The notes below the pieces were generated by a model that had not been told where the DNA came from, made no database searches, and was given only the letters and a program-made list of their open reading frames with translations. The position numbers and the translations under genes are program-made. 25,575 nt of DNA from a virus (taxonomy: Duplodnaviria; Caudoviricetes): positions 1 to 25,575 of IMG/VR virus record IMGVR_UViG_3300028585_000534; one strand, given 5' to 3'. Below, piece by piece: positions 1 to 9,900 of the stretch; positions within the stretch are counted from its first letter, which is position 1, and each line of letters starts with the position of its first letter.

Positions 1-90
1 ATGCACATGAGCGTCGAGAGCGAACTGGAATGGTTGCGCTACACGGTGCAGCGTCAGCGTGAGCGGGCGCAAGCCCAGGCCGCACCATGA
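1..90 (+). CDS. Small phage hypothetical protein (29 aa visible; may be 5'-truncated by the window edge)
   Basis: Open frame MHMSVESELEWLRYTVQRQRERAQAQAAP*; its TGA overlaps the next ATG (ATGA at 87-90). Confidence 0.5.
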   Translation: MHMSVESELEWLRYTVQRQRERAQAQAAP

Positions 91-305
91 CCACCGCTAC
101 CTGCTACCGCCAACTGATCGTCCGCGCTGTCACTGGCTGTGCGCCGGCTATCACCTGGTCTGTCACCAACAGCGGCGCAATCGATCGCATCTGCGCGCGC
201 CTGGTCGAGGCCGAGCGCGCTGCTGAGATCCTGCAGGCCAAGGGATACGGCAAGCCGGGGCTGCTGCTGCACGAAGTGGCGGCGCTGGTGCCGGCGAAGC
301 TGTGA
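87..305 (+). CDS. Phage hypothetical protein, 72 aa
   Basis: ATGA and GTGA overlaps with both neighbours; high-GC3 codon usage. Confidence 0.7.
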   Translation: MTTATCYRQLIVRAVTGCAPAITWSVTNSGAIDRICARLVEAERAAEILQAKGYGKPGLLLHEVAALVPAKL

Positions 306-619
306 AGCTGACTGCCCTCAGGTCCCGGGTGCAGACCGCAGCGCCGCGTATCACCACGCTCACTGCACGTCCAGGCGTCGTGGTCGAGCGCAAGCGGGGC
401 TATGCCGGCGTGCTGGACCGCAAGCGCATCCGCGCGCGCGACTGCGACCTGTGCCAGCAGTGCAAGCGCGAAGGCCGCACCACCATCGGCCATCCGGTCG
501 ACCACATCATCCCGCTCGTCGATGGCGGCACGGATGACGATGACAACAAAGAAACGCTTTGCGTCCCATGCCATGACATCAAGTCAGCGCGTGAGGCGCG
601 CCAGCGTGCGAGAGGATGA
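302..619 (+). CDS. HNH endonuclease (HK97 gp74-like, terminase-associated)
   Basis: CQQC...VDHIIPL..GG....N...LCVPCH..K motif; lies upstream of the terminase genes as in cos phages. Confidence 0.92.
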   Translation: MKLTALRSRVQTAAPRITTLTARPGVVVERKRGYAGVLDRKRIRARDCDLCQQCKREGRTTIGHPVDHIIPLVDGGTDDDDNKETLCVPCHDIKSAREARQRARG

Positions 620-924
620 AAATGAATGTCCAGCTGATTCCAGAAGAGACGTACACCCTTCAGTTCGGCGACTACCAGATCGAGGGCATGCGTGTGGTGT
701 CGCGCTGGAATGGCCTCATCGAGCTGCGGAACGCGCGGCGAGAGATGCTGATCGTTTCGGCGCCCGATGTTCGCCCTACCGCAGACGCATTCGATACCAT
801 CTTCGGCGGTATCTTCCGCACTGCTGCTGAGACTAAGGCGGCCGGCGCGGTCGTCGTCATGGCATCACCTGACCTGCTTGCACGTCTTCGCGCCGCCGAC
901 CAGGCCAGCGCCGCGCCGGGTTAG
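616..924 (+). CDS. Hypothetical protein, 102 aa
   Basis: ATGA overlap with the HNH stop, GAGAGG upstream; no recognisable motif. Confidence 0.7.
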   Translation: MKMNVQLIPEETYTLQFGDYQIEGMRVVSRWNGLIELRNARREMLIVSAPDVRPTADAFDTIFGGIFRTAAETKAAGAVVVMASPDLLARLRAADQASAAPG

Positions 925-1030
925 CCCGCCGGTGGTTGCCGGGTCGTAAGGGGGGGGGCATCGAAAGTCCCCAGCCCCTTCGGCCCGACACCCCCTTGTA
1001 CCGCACGTAGAGAAAAAAGTCCCCCTGGAG
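925..1030. other. Candidate cos/packaging-initiation region
   Basis: Non-coding gap directly before terS with a G9 run (950-958) and a 9-bp direct repeat AAAGTCCCC (964-972, 1016-1024). The HNH-cos-terS layout is typical of HK97-like phages. The exact cut site cannot be determined. Confidence 0.55.
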
Positions 1031-1040
1031 GAAATTGTTA

Positions 1041-1475
1041 ATGGCTTTAACAGGCAAAAAGCGAGCCTTCGCCGATGCCGTTTTGGCCGGGCTCTCCAAT
1101 AAGGACGCGGCGATTCGCGCTGGATTCAGTGAAAAAACGGCATCAGCTGCAGGGTCGCGAAATGTTAAAGACCCGGATGTTAAAGCCTACCTCGACAAGC
1201 GCCGCGAAACTCCGCCGGCCGCTGGCGGCCAGGCGCAGCCAGCACAACCGCCTGGCGACGATGCATTTGATATCCCGCCCACCGCTGACCCAGTCGAGTT
1301 TCTGACTAAGGTCATGAACGAGCCGGCGGCCGATCTGCGCCTCCGGATAGATGCGGCAAAGGCAATGCTGCCCTTCAAGCACAAAAAGCTGGGAGAGGGC
1401 GGCAAAAAAGACGAGAAAAATGAGTTGGCGAAGAAGGCTGGCGCCGGGCGCTTCGGGCTAAGGGTCGTGTCATGA
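1041..1475 (+). CDS. terS: Terminase small subunit
   Basis: LT.KKRAFA...G.S..DAAIRAGFSEKTA...GSR..KDP.VKAYL helix-turn-helix N-terminus; GGAGG at 1027-1031 favours ATG 1041; ATGA overlap with terL. Confidence 0.9.
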   Translation: MALTGKKRAFADAVLAGLSNKDAAIRAGFSEKTASAAGSRNVKDPDVKAYLDKRRETPPAAGGQAQPAQPPGDDAFDIPPTADPVEFLTKVMNEPAADLRLRIDAAKAMLPFKHKKLGEGGKKDEKNELAKKAGAGRFGLRVVS

Positions 1476-3154
1476 CAAATTGGACGACCGCGCTACCCGA
1501 TTGGGAGCGCCGAATTGTCGCGCGGGAGTCGCTGGTGCCAGTCCGGCCGCTATTCCCTGAGGAGGCGGACGATGCGATGAGCGTGTTCTCGGCTCTGCGC
1601 ATGGTTGATGCCGACGGCAGTCCGACTATGGGAGAGGCCTGTCAGCCATGGGTCATAGACCTGGTCGAGGCATTGTTCGGCTCTTTCGATCGCAAGCGAA
1701 AACGGAGGCTCATCACGAATTATTTCCTGATGGTCTCGAAGAAGAACGGGAAGTCGATGATCGCAGCGGCAGTGATGCTGACTGCCCTGATCCTTAATAC
1801 CCGCCAGTCTGGCGAATTCATCATCCTGGCGCCGACGAAGGAAGCGGCAGACAACGCGTATAAGCCAATCCGCGAGATGATTCTTGCTGACGACGAGCTC
1901 AACGACCGTTTCCACGAACAGCAGCACATCAAAACGGTCACGTGCCGACTTACTCGCGCCACCCTGAAAGTCGTGGCCGCCGATGCGGCGACAGTAACAG
2001 GCAAGAAGGCCATCGGAGTCTTCATCGATGAGCTGCACGAGTTTGGGAAAAACAGCAAGGCGGCCGCCATGCTGACCGAGGCCACAGGCGGGATTACGTC
2101 CCGCCCAGAGGGCTTCGTCTTTTACTGCACGACGCAGTCAGCGGAACCTCCGGCCGGCGTATTTCTGGACAAGCTCAGTTACGCGCGGAAGGTCCGGGAC
2201 GGCAAGGTGAAGGATCCACGATTCCTGCCAATTATTTACGAGTTTCCCGACCATATGCTGGCGAGCAAGGCATATGACGATCTCGACAATGCCTACATCA
2301 CCAACCCGAACTGGGGCGTTTCTGTCGACGCTGAGGTGATCGAACAGAAGCTGCTCGAAGCAAGCGAGGCGGGCGAGCATGCGGTGCGCGACGTGCGCGC
2401 CAAGCACCTCAACGTCGAAATTGGGCTGAATCTGCGGTCTGACCGATGGGCTGGCGCCGATTTCTGGGAGGCGGCGCTCGACAAATCAATCACGCTGGAC
2501 TCGCTGCTCGAGCGGTCGGAGGTCGCCGTCATCGGTATCGATGGCGGCGGTCTGGATGACTTGCTGGGCCTGTCGGTGCTGGGCCGCGAGCGTGACACCG
2601 GAAGGTGGCTCTTGTGGTGCCATGCTTGGGTGCATGAAATCGCCCTCGAGCGACGCAAGGAGATCGCGCCGAGGCTACAGGACTTCGAGAAGCAAGGCGA
2701 TCTGACGATCGTCAAGCGCCCAGGCGACGACGTCATGGAAGTAGCGGACCTGATCTGTCGCGTGCGCGACTCAGGGCTTTTGCCCGAGGAGAAAGGGATC
2801 GGCGTCGATGCCGTCGGCATCGGCGCAATCATTGACGAGTTGGTCACCGATGAGCGCAGCATCGACATGAAGCAGATTGTCGCAATATCCCAAGGCTTCA
2901 AGCTGAATGGCGCGATTAAGGACACTGAGCGAAAGGTCGCCGGCCGCGAGCTGCTGCACGCAGGCCGCCCGATGATGGCCTGGTGCGTGGGCAATGCTCG
3001 CGTCGAGGACAAGGGCAACGCAATCCTGATCACGAAACAGGCATCTGGCAAAGCCAAGATCGACCCGCTGATGTCCGCGTTCAGCGCGGTATCGCTCATG
3101 GCGCTGAACCCCGTCGGGGAGGCGGCGCCGGAAATTCACGTATTGGACTTTTGA
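1472..3154 (+). CDS. terL: Terminase large subunit
   Basis: Walker A VSKKNGKS, Walker B VFIDELHEF, nuclease motifs GIDGGGLDDL and KIDPLMS; 560 aa. Confidence 0.97.
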   Translation: MTNWTTALPDWERRIVARESLVPVRPLFPEEADDAMSVFSALRMVDADGSPTMGEACQPWVIDLVEALFGSFDRKRKRRLITNYFLMVSKKNGKSMIAAAVMLTALILNTRQSGEFIILAPTKEAADNAYKPIREMILADDELNDRFHEQQHIKTVTCRLTRATLKVVAADAATVTGKKAIGVFIDELHEFGKNSKAAAMLTEATGGITSRPEGFVFYCTTQSAEPPAGVFLDKLSYARKVRDGKVKDPRFLPIIYEFPDHMLASKAYDDLDNAYITNPNWGVSVDAEVIEQKLLEASEAGEHAVRDVRAKHLNVEIGLNLRSDRWAGADFWEAALDKSITLDSLLERSEVAVIGIDGGGLDDLLGLSVLGRERDTGRWLLWCHAWVHEIALERRKEIAPRLQDFEKQGDLTIVKRPGDDVMEVADLICRVRDSGLLPEEKGIGVDAVGIGAIIDELVTDERSIDMKQIVAISQGFKLNGAIKDTERKVAGRELLHAGRPMMAWCVGNARVEDKGNAILITKQASGKAKIDPLMSAFSAVSLMALNPVGEAAPEIHVLDF

Positions 3155-4461
3155 TGACCGGACAACTGATTAACCTGGAGGCGACGCCGCATAAATCGCG
3201 CGTGCTTGACTCCTGGATGGCCGGTCGCGATGGCGCTGCTGAGCGCGCCGGCATCGTGGCGCTGGGCGAGAACTCCAGCGGAAGCATGTCGATGGGCGAG
3301 CTGGCGAATCTGCTTGGCGCGGCGCACCGCTCCTCGTCGGGATCGGCGGTCACCGCCGAGACTGGCATGCGCGTGTCGGCCGCCTACGGCTGCATGTCGC
3401 TGGTCGCCGGCGCGATCGCGACGTTGCCGATCGGGATCTACGAGCGCAAGGGAAACGAGCGCGACTCTGCCGACCATGACTACTGGTGGATGCTCAACGA
3501 GCTGGCCAGCGATGGCTGGACGTCAGCCGCCGCATGGGAGGCGATCATTCTGTCGAAGCTTTCGCACGGCGACGGCTTCGGCGAGTGGATCCGGCCAAGC
3601 CCGTACAGCAATCGCGTCATCGGCTGGAAGCCGCTCAAGCGGCAGACGGTCCAGCCATTCAAAGACGGCAAGAGCATCTATTACCGGATCAATCCGGAAG
3701 ATGGACCATCGTACGTGCTCGATCGGGCGGACATCATTCATCTGCCGAGCCTGGGGTTTGACGGGCTGACCAGCCCCAGCCCGCTGACGTACGCCGCGCT
3801 GGAGGCGATCGGCACCGCGCTGGCGGCGCAGGAATACACCGGCCGGTTCCTCGCCGGTGGCGGCAACTTCGACTATGCGCTGAAGACGGCGTCGAAGCTC
3901 GACAAGGCGCAGCTGGAGCAGCTCAAGGCGTCTCTGATCGCCCGGGCGCAGAACGGCGGGCGCGGCCCTCTGATCTTGTCGGGCGGCCTGGAGCCGGCGC
4001 AGCTGAGCGTCAATTCGAAGGACGCTGAGATCCTGGCTACCCGCCTGTTCACGGTGGAAGAAATCTGCCGCATTTTTGGTGTGCCGCCGACGATGGTCGG
4101 GCACGGCGGCGCCGTGTCGAACTGGGGCACTGGTGTCGCGCAGCAGGGCATGGGCTTCGTCCGCTACACGCTGCAACGGCACTTGACGCCGATTGCGCAG
4201 GAGTTGAACAGCAAGCTGTGGCCAGTGCGCCAACGGTATTTCGTCGAACACATCACGGCTGCGCTTGAGCGTGGCGACCTGAAGGCCCGCTACGACGCTT
4301 ACCGCATTGCGCTGGGCCGCGCCGGAGAAATGCCGTTCATGGAGGCCGACGAAGTCCGCCGGCTCGAGAACATGCCGTCCAACCCGAAATTAAAAGTAAA
4401 TGGAGGCAAGAGTGCCGAACAGCCTGACCAAGCTCCTGGCGAGCAACAAGACGCGGCCTGA
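3154..4461 (+). CDS. Portal protein, HK97 family (435 aa)
   Basis: TGATG coupling to terL places the start at 3154; motifs IIHL..LGFDGL...SPL, EEICRIFGVPP..VG, EVRRLENMP. Confidence 0.95.
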   Translation: MTGQLINLEATPHKSRVLDSWMAGRDGAAERAGIVALGENSSGSMSMGELANLLGAAHRSSSGSAVTAETGMRVSAAYGCMSLVAGAIATLPIGIYERKGNERDSADHDYWWMLNELASDGWTSAAAWEAIILSKLSHGDGFGEWIRPSPYSNRVIGWKPLKRQTVQPFKDGKSIYYRINPEDGPSYVLDRADIIHLPSLGFDGLTSPSPLTYAALEAIGTALAAQEYTGRFLAGGGNFDYALKTASKLDKAQLEQLKASLIARAQNGGRGPLILSGGLEPAQLSVNSKDAEILATRLFTVEEICRIFGVPPTMVGHGGAVSNWGTGVAQQGMGFVRYTLQRHLTPIAQELNSKLWPVRQRYFVEHITAALERGDLKARYDAYRIALGRAGEMPFMEADEVRRLENMPSNPKLKVNGGKSAEQPDQAPGEQQDAA

Positions 4462-5161
4462 CCGCGTGCCGCAGTCGAAGATCGTCGCCAAAGAAACCGG
4501 CGATACCGAGATTTACATCTACGACTCGATCGTGGCAGATGAAGAGACCGCTCGTTGGTGGGGTGGGGTATCGGCCGAGGCACTCGTTCCGCAGATCCGC
4601 GACATCAAAGGCGGAACGATCCACCTGCGCATCAACAGCCCCGGCGGCGACGTCTTTGCGGCCCAGGCTATCTGCCAGGCCATCCGCGACACCGGCGCCA
4701 AGGTCGTGGCGCACATCGACGGCTACGCCGCGAGCGCCGCCACGGTGATCGCCACGGCCGCTGACGAGGTCGAGATCTCGGACGGCGGCTTTTTCATGAT
4801 CCACAACGCCTGGACCTGGGCCATGGGCAATGCTGCCGACCTGACGGCGACGGTAACGCTGCTGTCAAAGGTCGACGGATCGCTGGCGGCACAGTACGCG
4901 AAGAAGAGTGGCATGAGCGTCGATGACGTTAAGGCTGCGATGGACGCCGAGACCTGGTACACCGCCGACGAAGCTGTCGCAGCCGGTCTGGTCGACCGCA
5001 TCGCGGCCGGCAAGAAAGTCGAAGCGTCTTGGGATCTCAGCGCCTACGCGAAGGCGCCGAAGCCGGCGCCAACCAATCAAATCGACCCTGCCGCCAGCGA
5101 AGAGCACCGCGCGCGGCAACAGCAGCGCATCGCCACGATGGCGCGCCTCAAAGTTAGCTGA
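4412..5161 (+). CDS. Head maturation protease, ClpP-related (peptidase S14)
   Basis: INSPGGDVF, IDGYAASAA (catalytic Ser), MIHNAW (His), ETWYTADEAV..GLVD; GTG start at 4412 after GGAGG (4402-4406). Confidence 0.93.
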   Translation: MPNSLTKLLASNKTRPDRVPQSKIVAKETGDTEIYIYDSIVADEETARWWGGVSAEALVPQIRDIKGGTIHLRINSPGGDVFAAQAICQAIRDTGAKVVAHIDGYAASAATVIATAADEVEISDGGFFMIHNAWTWAMGNAADLTATVTLLSKVDGSLAAQYAKKSGMSVDDVKAAMDAETWYTADEAVAAGLVDRIAAGKKVEASWDLSAYAKAPKPAPTNQIDPAASEEHRARQQQRIATMARLKVS

Positions 5162-5181
5162 CGCTCTCGCGCCACTAGACC

Positions 5182-5205
5182 AGCCACCTCCGGGTGGCTT
5201 TTTTT
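5182..5205 (+). terminator. Intrinsic-terminator-like hairpin upstream of the major capsid gene
   Basis: AGCCACC-TCCG-GGTGGCT followed by T6. Confidence 0.7.
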
Positions 5206-5252
5206 ACGCCCACCGGCCGCGAGAGCGGACCAACCCCTTCGAAAGGTTTTAC

Positions 5253-6500
5253 ATGACCAAGCTCGCACAACTGCGCGCGCAACGCGACACCGTGGCCAAG
5301 AAGGCCCACGACCTGAACAACAAATACCCGGCTGACCAGCGCATGCCGGCCGCCGAAGCCGAAAAGCTGGACTCGATCCTGGCCGAAATCGCAGGCATCG
5401 ATGCCGAGATCAGTCGCGAAATGCGTCTGGCTGAGTTGGCGGGGGACAATCCCGAGGCGCAGCATCGCGCGGCCGTCGAGGCGGCGCAACGCCAGGGCGG
5501 CGGCGCCACCGACGAGGGTGCGGCGCTGCGCGCCATGCTGGCCGGCGGCCTGTCGAACCTGTCGGCCGAGCAACGCAATGCAATGCGCGCACGTGTCAAT
5601 CAAGATATCCAAGGCGCGATGTCGACCACGACTGGCGCGGAAGGCGGCTACACCGTCGCCACCGAGTTCAGCCGTTCGCTGATCCAGGCGATGAAGGCCG
5701 CGTTTGCCGTTCGCAGCGTTGCCTCCGGCATTCAAACCTCGACCGGCGCCCAGATGCTCTTCCCGACTGCCGACTCCACCCAGGAAGAGGGCGAAATCGT
5801 GGGTCAGAACAACGGCGCCACCGTTGGCGAGACCGGCTTCGGGTCGGCATCGATGGACGTCTATAAGTATTCGTCGAAGTCGATCGCGCTGCCGTTCGAG
5901 CTGATCCAGGACTCGATGTTCAACATCGAAGCCTACATCGTCGAGCTGCTGCGCCTGCGCCTGGGCCGTATCCAGAACCGCCACCACACGGTCGGTACCG
6001 GCACCGCACAGCCCCGCGGCGTCGTCACTGCGTCCACGGCTGGCAAGATCGGTGCTACCGGCTCGACGACCACCGTCACCTACGACGACCTGGTCGATCT
6101 CGAGCACTCGGTCGATCCGTTCTACCGCCCGGCGGGCCGCCTGATGATGCACGACGACAGCCTGAAGGTGCTCCGTAAGATCAAGGACGGCCAGCAGCGC
6201 CCGATCTTCGTTCCTGGCTATGAGCAGGGCAATCCTGGCGGTGCCCCGGATCGACTGATGGGTCGCGAGATCATCATCAACCAGCACATGGCTCCGATGG
6301 GCGCCAACGCGAAGTCGATCCTATTCGGCGACTTCTCCAAGTACCTCATCCGTGACGTGATGGACACCACGCTGTTCCGCATGACCGACTCGAAATACAC
6401 CGAGAAGGGCCAGGTCGGCTTCCTGGCGTTCTGCCGCTCGGGCGCGAACATGGTTGATGTCGGCGGCGCCATCAAGCACTTCCAAAACAGCGCGACCTGA
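5253..6500 (+). CDS. Major capsid protein, HK97 fold (415 aa with N-terminal coiled-coil delta domain)
   Basis: GAAAGG RBS then ATG 5253; GGYTV, ELIQDS, GTG..QPRG, LMGREIIIN..M, ILFGDFSKY.IRD, GQVGFLA motifs. Confidence 0.96.
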   Translation: MTKLAQLRAQRDTVAKKAHDLNNKYPADQRMPAAEAEKLDSILAEIAGIDAEISREMRLAELAGDNPEAQHRAAVEAAQRQGGGATDEGAALRAMLAGGLSNLSAEQRNAMRARVNQDIQGAMSTTTGAEGGYTVATEFSRSLIQAMKAAFAVRSVASGIQTSTGAQMLFPTADSTQEEGEIVGQNNGATVGETGFGSASMDVYKYSSKSIALPFELIQDSMFNIEAYIVELLRLRLGRIQNRHHTVGTGTAQPRGVVTASTAGKIGATGSTTTVTYDDLVDLEHSVDPFYRPAGRLMMHDDSLKVLRKIKDGQQRPIFVPGYEQGNPGGAPDRLMGREIIINQHMAPMGANAKSILFGDFSKYLIRDVMDTTLFRMTDSKYTEKGQVGFLAFCRSGANMVDVGGAIKHFQNSAT

Positions 6501-6508
6501 TCGTAAAC

Positions 6509-6532
6509 GGCGGCCGGCCGCGGCTGGCCGCC
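6509..6532 (+). promoter_or_regulatory. GC-rich hairpin without U-tract just after the capsid stop (possible mRNA 3' stabiliser)
   Basis: GGCGGCCGGC-CGCG-GCTGGCCGCC, a 10-bp stem with one G-U pair. Confidence 0.45.
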
Positions 6533-6548
6533 TCACCTGGAGAAAACC

Positions 6549-6716
6549 ATGGCAGAAGCCAAGAAAGTAAAAGCGCGCGTGCTCACCGCATGCGCCCTCG
6601 GTCAACCGAACGATGTTGTCGAGATCGATGCATCGGAAGCGAAATCGCTGGTCGACGTCGTCGACACCGACCCGAAGGCGGTCGCCTACGCTGAATCGCT
6701 GGCGTTCGCGCAGTAA
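6549..6716 (+). CDS. Small post-capsid protein, 55 aa (not in the ORF track)
   Basis: GGAGA RBS; MAEAKKVKARVLTACALGQPNDVVEIDASEAKSLVDVVDTDPKAVAYAESLAFAQ*; resembles the small G-x-V-V-E-I proteins often found after HK97-type capsid genes. Confidence 0.8.
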   Translation: MAEAKKVKARVLTACALGQPNDVVEIDASEAKSLVDVVDTDPKAVAYAESLAFAQ

Positions 6717-6719
6717 CCC

Positions 6720-6905
6720 ATGAGCCCCGCGACCACCGCCTGGCTCGCCAACGTGCGCGCCGAGGCGGTGGCCCCGGGCGCCTTCATGGTCGTCATCCAG
6801 TCCACAAAGGGCAGGGTGGTGATCTTCCCCGATGAAGTAGTCGGCAAGTCCGACGAGGAGCTGCTGGCGTTTGTGCGCGGGCGCCTTCTGAACCCTGACC
6901 GGTAG
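6720..6905 (+). CDS. Hypothetical protein, 61 aa
   Basis: Fills the gap with 3-nt and 8-nt spacing to its neighbours; phage-like codon usage. Confidence 0.7.
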   Translation: MSPATTAWLANVRAEAVAPGAFMVVIQSTKGRVVIFPDEVVGKSDEELLAFVRGRLLNPDR

Positions 6906-6913
6906 GCCGCCAC

Positions 6914-9900
6914 ATGATTGATTTTGACCGCGCCGCCGGCAACCAGTCCCTCAGCACGCCGGACCACGTACTGCTGGTGTTTCCAAATGGCGACTGGATT
7001 CTGCTGTTTATCGTCGGCTTCGACGGCGTCGTTACCGGCAACCTCACGCAATACCTGTTCTCGTCTGGCGCGTTCGGTGCGGCTGGCTCGCTGAATGTTG
7101 TGTTCTACGCCGATGGCGTGTCAGGTACCACGCTACGTGGTCGCATTGCCGTCTATGCCGACACGCTGGCCAACGCCAATGCGCCGGCGCTGCTGAGCAC
7201 GACGCAGTTCAATGGCGGACGCCATTTGATAGCGGTTCAGCGTAGTGGCGGCACCCAGTCTCCACTGGTGAGCCTGTATAGCTGCCCGATCCTGGCCGCT
7301 GCACCTATCGACGACAGTGCCGTCATCACGGAAGCGACGACGACCAACGCGGCGATCCTCAAAGAGCTGAATGGCAGTGGCTTCATGTTCGGCTCGCGCG
7401 TCGACAACCTGGCCGACCGCAAGAGCGACCAGTCGGTATCGCGCATGCTGCGCGCCAATCTTTCGATCACGAAGTTCGATATTGCACAGATCGCCGCCGG
7501 CAAGGAAATTTTCGACCTCGGCTACACGCCGGTGCTGTACGTGCGTGCGAGCGGTATCGACGACATTGCGGACCGTGGTCCGAACGCTTTCCCGTTCACG
7601 CTGGCCGGCATGCCGACCACCATCGCGGAGCCGACGTTTGCGTTCAGGGAGGGGGCAAGCGAACCGCCGGCATCTGTCGACGCAATCACCGTCAGCAATG
7701 CCGAGCCGCTGCAGGCCGTTCCGTCTACCGGCGCTGGTGCGCTGATGACGTTCACCGGCGCGCTGAGCGGCACGCTGCCGACCTCGGTCGACGTGCGCAT
7801 GATCGCGCCCGACGGTACGCCTGGGAGCTGGGTCGCGCTGCAGTCTGCCAGCATCGGCGCGACTGTGTACAGCGGCGTGCGTGAGGTTCCAGACGGCGGG
7901 CCATGCAGGTTCCAAGCCCGATCGAGGAATGGCAGCGCTGTGCTGGTGGAAAGCCAGTATTCGACCGCGAAGATTCTTGTCGGCGATGCCTGGATCAACT
8001 GCGGCTCGTCCAGCTCCGACTACCTGTTCACCGACAAGAGCGGTACCGGCTTCACCGTGGCGCCTGACACCGCGGTCATGAGCGGCACCACGCCAACCTG
8101 GGCGCCGATGAGCAGCACCGGCGCCGCGACGCGGATGGCCGACGAGCTGGCGACCGTGGCCGGGAAACCGATCGCTTGGCTGGCCTACGGCGTCGCCGGC
8201 ACCACGCTGCGCACCTGGCTGGACGCAACCAGCACGCAACGCAAGAACCTGGCGCGCGCGATCGCGGCCGTCAAGGGCAAGATTTTCGGCGCGTATATCA
8301 CCGTGGGGGCGAACGACGCCTACAACGGCTGGATCACGTCGAGCGCGGCGCACGAAGCCGACATGCAGAAGCTGATCGACGACCTACGCACGGAGACCGG
8401 GAACCCGAACCTCAAAATTGTCTGGGTCGGCTCGCCGCCGCGCCAAGGGCTCAACCCTGTGCAGGCCGACCGGCTACGCCAGGCTGAAAGCAGGATCGGG
8501 GACTATCCCGGCGTGGTGCAAGTGCAGGCGCTGCAATTCGCGCCGGCGTCGGACAATGTGCACCTCGCGCCGAGCCTCGACGGCTATGCCGCTTGCGGCA
8601 CGATGGCGATGCACCAAGCTGGCCGTGCTTTCTACAGCGGCGAAGACCCGAAGCTGGTGCGCGGTCCTGCGCTGTCGGCAATTACCTTCGCCGGTACGAA
8701 GGTCCGGTGCGTGGTTGCCATGCGCGACGGGACCACTTTCAACCCGGCTGCGCCGGGCGGCTTCAGCGTCCAGAACAAGCAGGCTGATGGCACCTACGTG
8801 ACGCTGACGGGGATTGTTGCGCAGCGCGTCAATGCTGGCCTGATCGAGATCGAGTGCGGCGTCACGCTCGTCGAGCCAATCGTCAAGTATTTGTCCGGCT
8901 CGGCGCCCAGCATCACCAACGCTGTTTTCAGCAATGGCTCGCTGCCGCTGCCGATGACGGTCGAAACCGAAATGGTGGCGACCCAGTCCGCTGCGACGTC
9001 TGATACGACGGCGCCAGTCATGGCCGGTGTGATCACCGTCACAAACATCACCACGACTGCGGCCACGCTGGCTTTCCAGGCGGCGACGGACGATGTGGGG
9101 GTGACCGGCTACGAATACAGCCTCAACGGCGGGACGAGCTACGTGAATGCCGGGCTTTCCCGCTCGCTTTCTGTATCGACGCTGACGGCTGGCACGACGT
9201 ACCAGGTCCGCGCGCGTGCCTATGACGCCGCCGGCAACCGATCGGCGCCGCTGTCGGCGACGTTTGCCACCCTGGCCAGTGAGCCGCCAGTAGAAATCGT
9301 CATCGACGCCTCGAAGATCCCGGCAAGTCGGAAGGTGGTTTTCCCAGGTGGCACGCGAGTTGTCCCATTCGGGACGAAGCCCGGGTCGATTACCCCGAGC
9401 GCGCCGTATTACAGAGACGGCAAATGGTGGGTCGAGAAGAACCCGGAGGATGAACGCTACTTTGTCGCCGACATCCGGATCGATCTCGCTGAGGCTGGCG
9501 CCAACGCGACCGCGACGAAGGTGGAAGCCGTGGTCAGCGGCGTCACGGTGCTGGAGCAGCCGGTTATCCAGGGCGTGCTGATCCCGGTGAAGCTGGGCGG
9601 CATCAACACCGCGCGCGACGCGCTGAACTTCTGCACGTTCCGGATAACCCTTTCCAACGGAGAGCAGATTGACCGCACGCTGTGGCTCAGCCGCCTTGAA
9701 GGGCAGCTGGTGCTGGAGAAGGATCCGGAGGACAAGCGCTACTACGTGGCCGACGTCGGAAGGGACCTGACCGACAGCAACACGACGGTCACCACTGTGA
9801 CATCGACCTGTGTCGGCGTGGTCGAGCTGGTCAAGCCGCAGATGCAAGGGCGCCTCGCGGTGATCAAGCTGGGCGGCTTGGACACATCGGCCGACCCGCT

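Noticed and set aside
302-619. HNH as a mobile homing endonuclease or defence nuclease
   Set aside because: Its size and position before cos/terS fit the packaging-associated gp74 class.
950-958. G9 tract as a phase-variation site
   Set aside because: It is intergenic and better explained as part of the cos region.
2983-3153. Upstream extensions in the ORF track (portal from 2983, capsid from 4923, connector from 9933, gp10 from 10495, holin from 21989, i-spanin from 22780, imuA from 24811)
   Set aside because: They overlap other genes, terminators or the SOS box. RBS position and stop-start coupling support the later starts.
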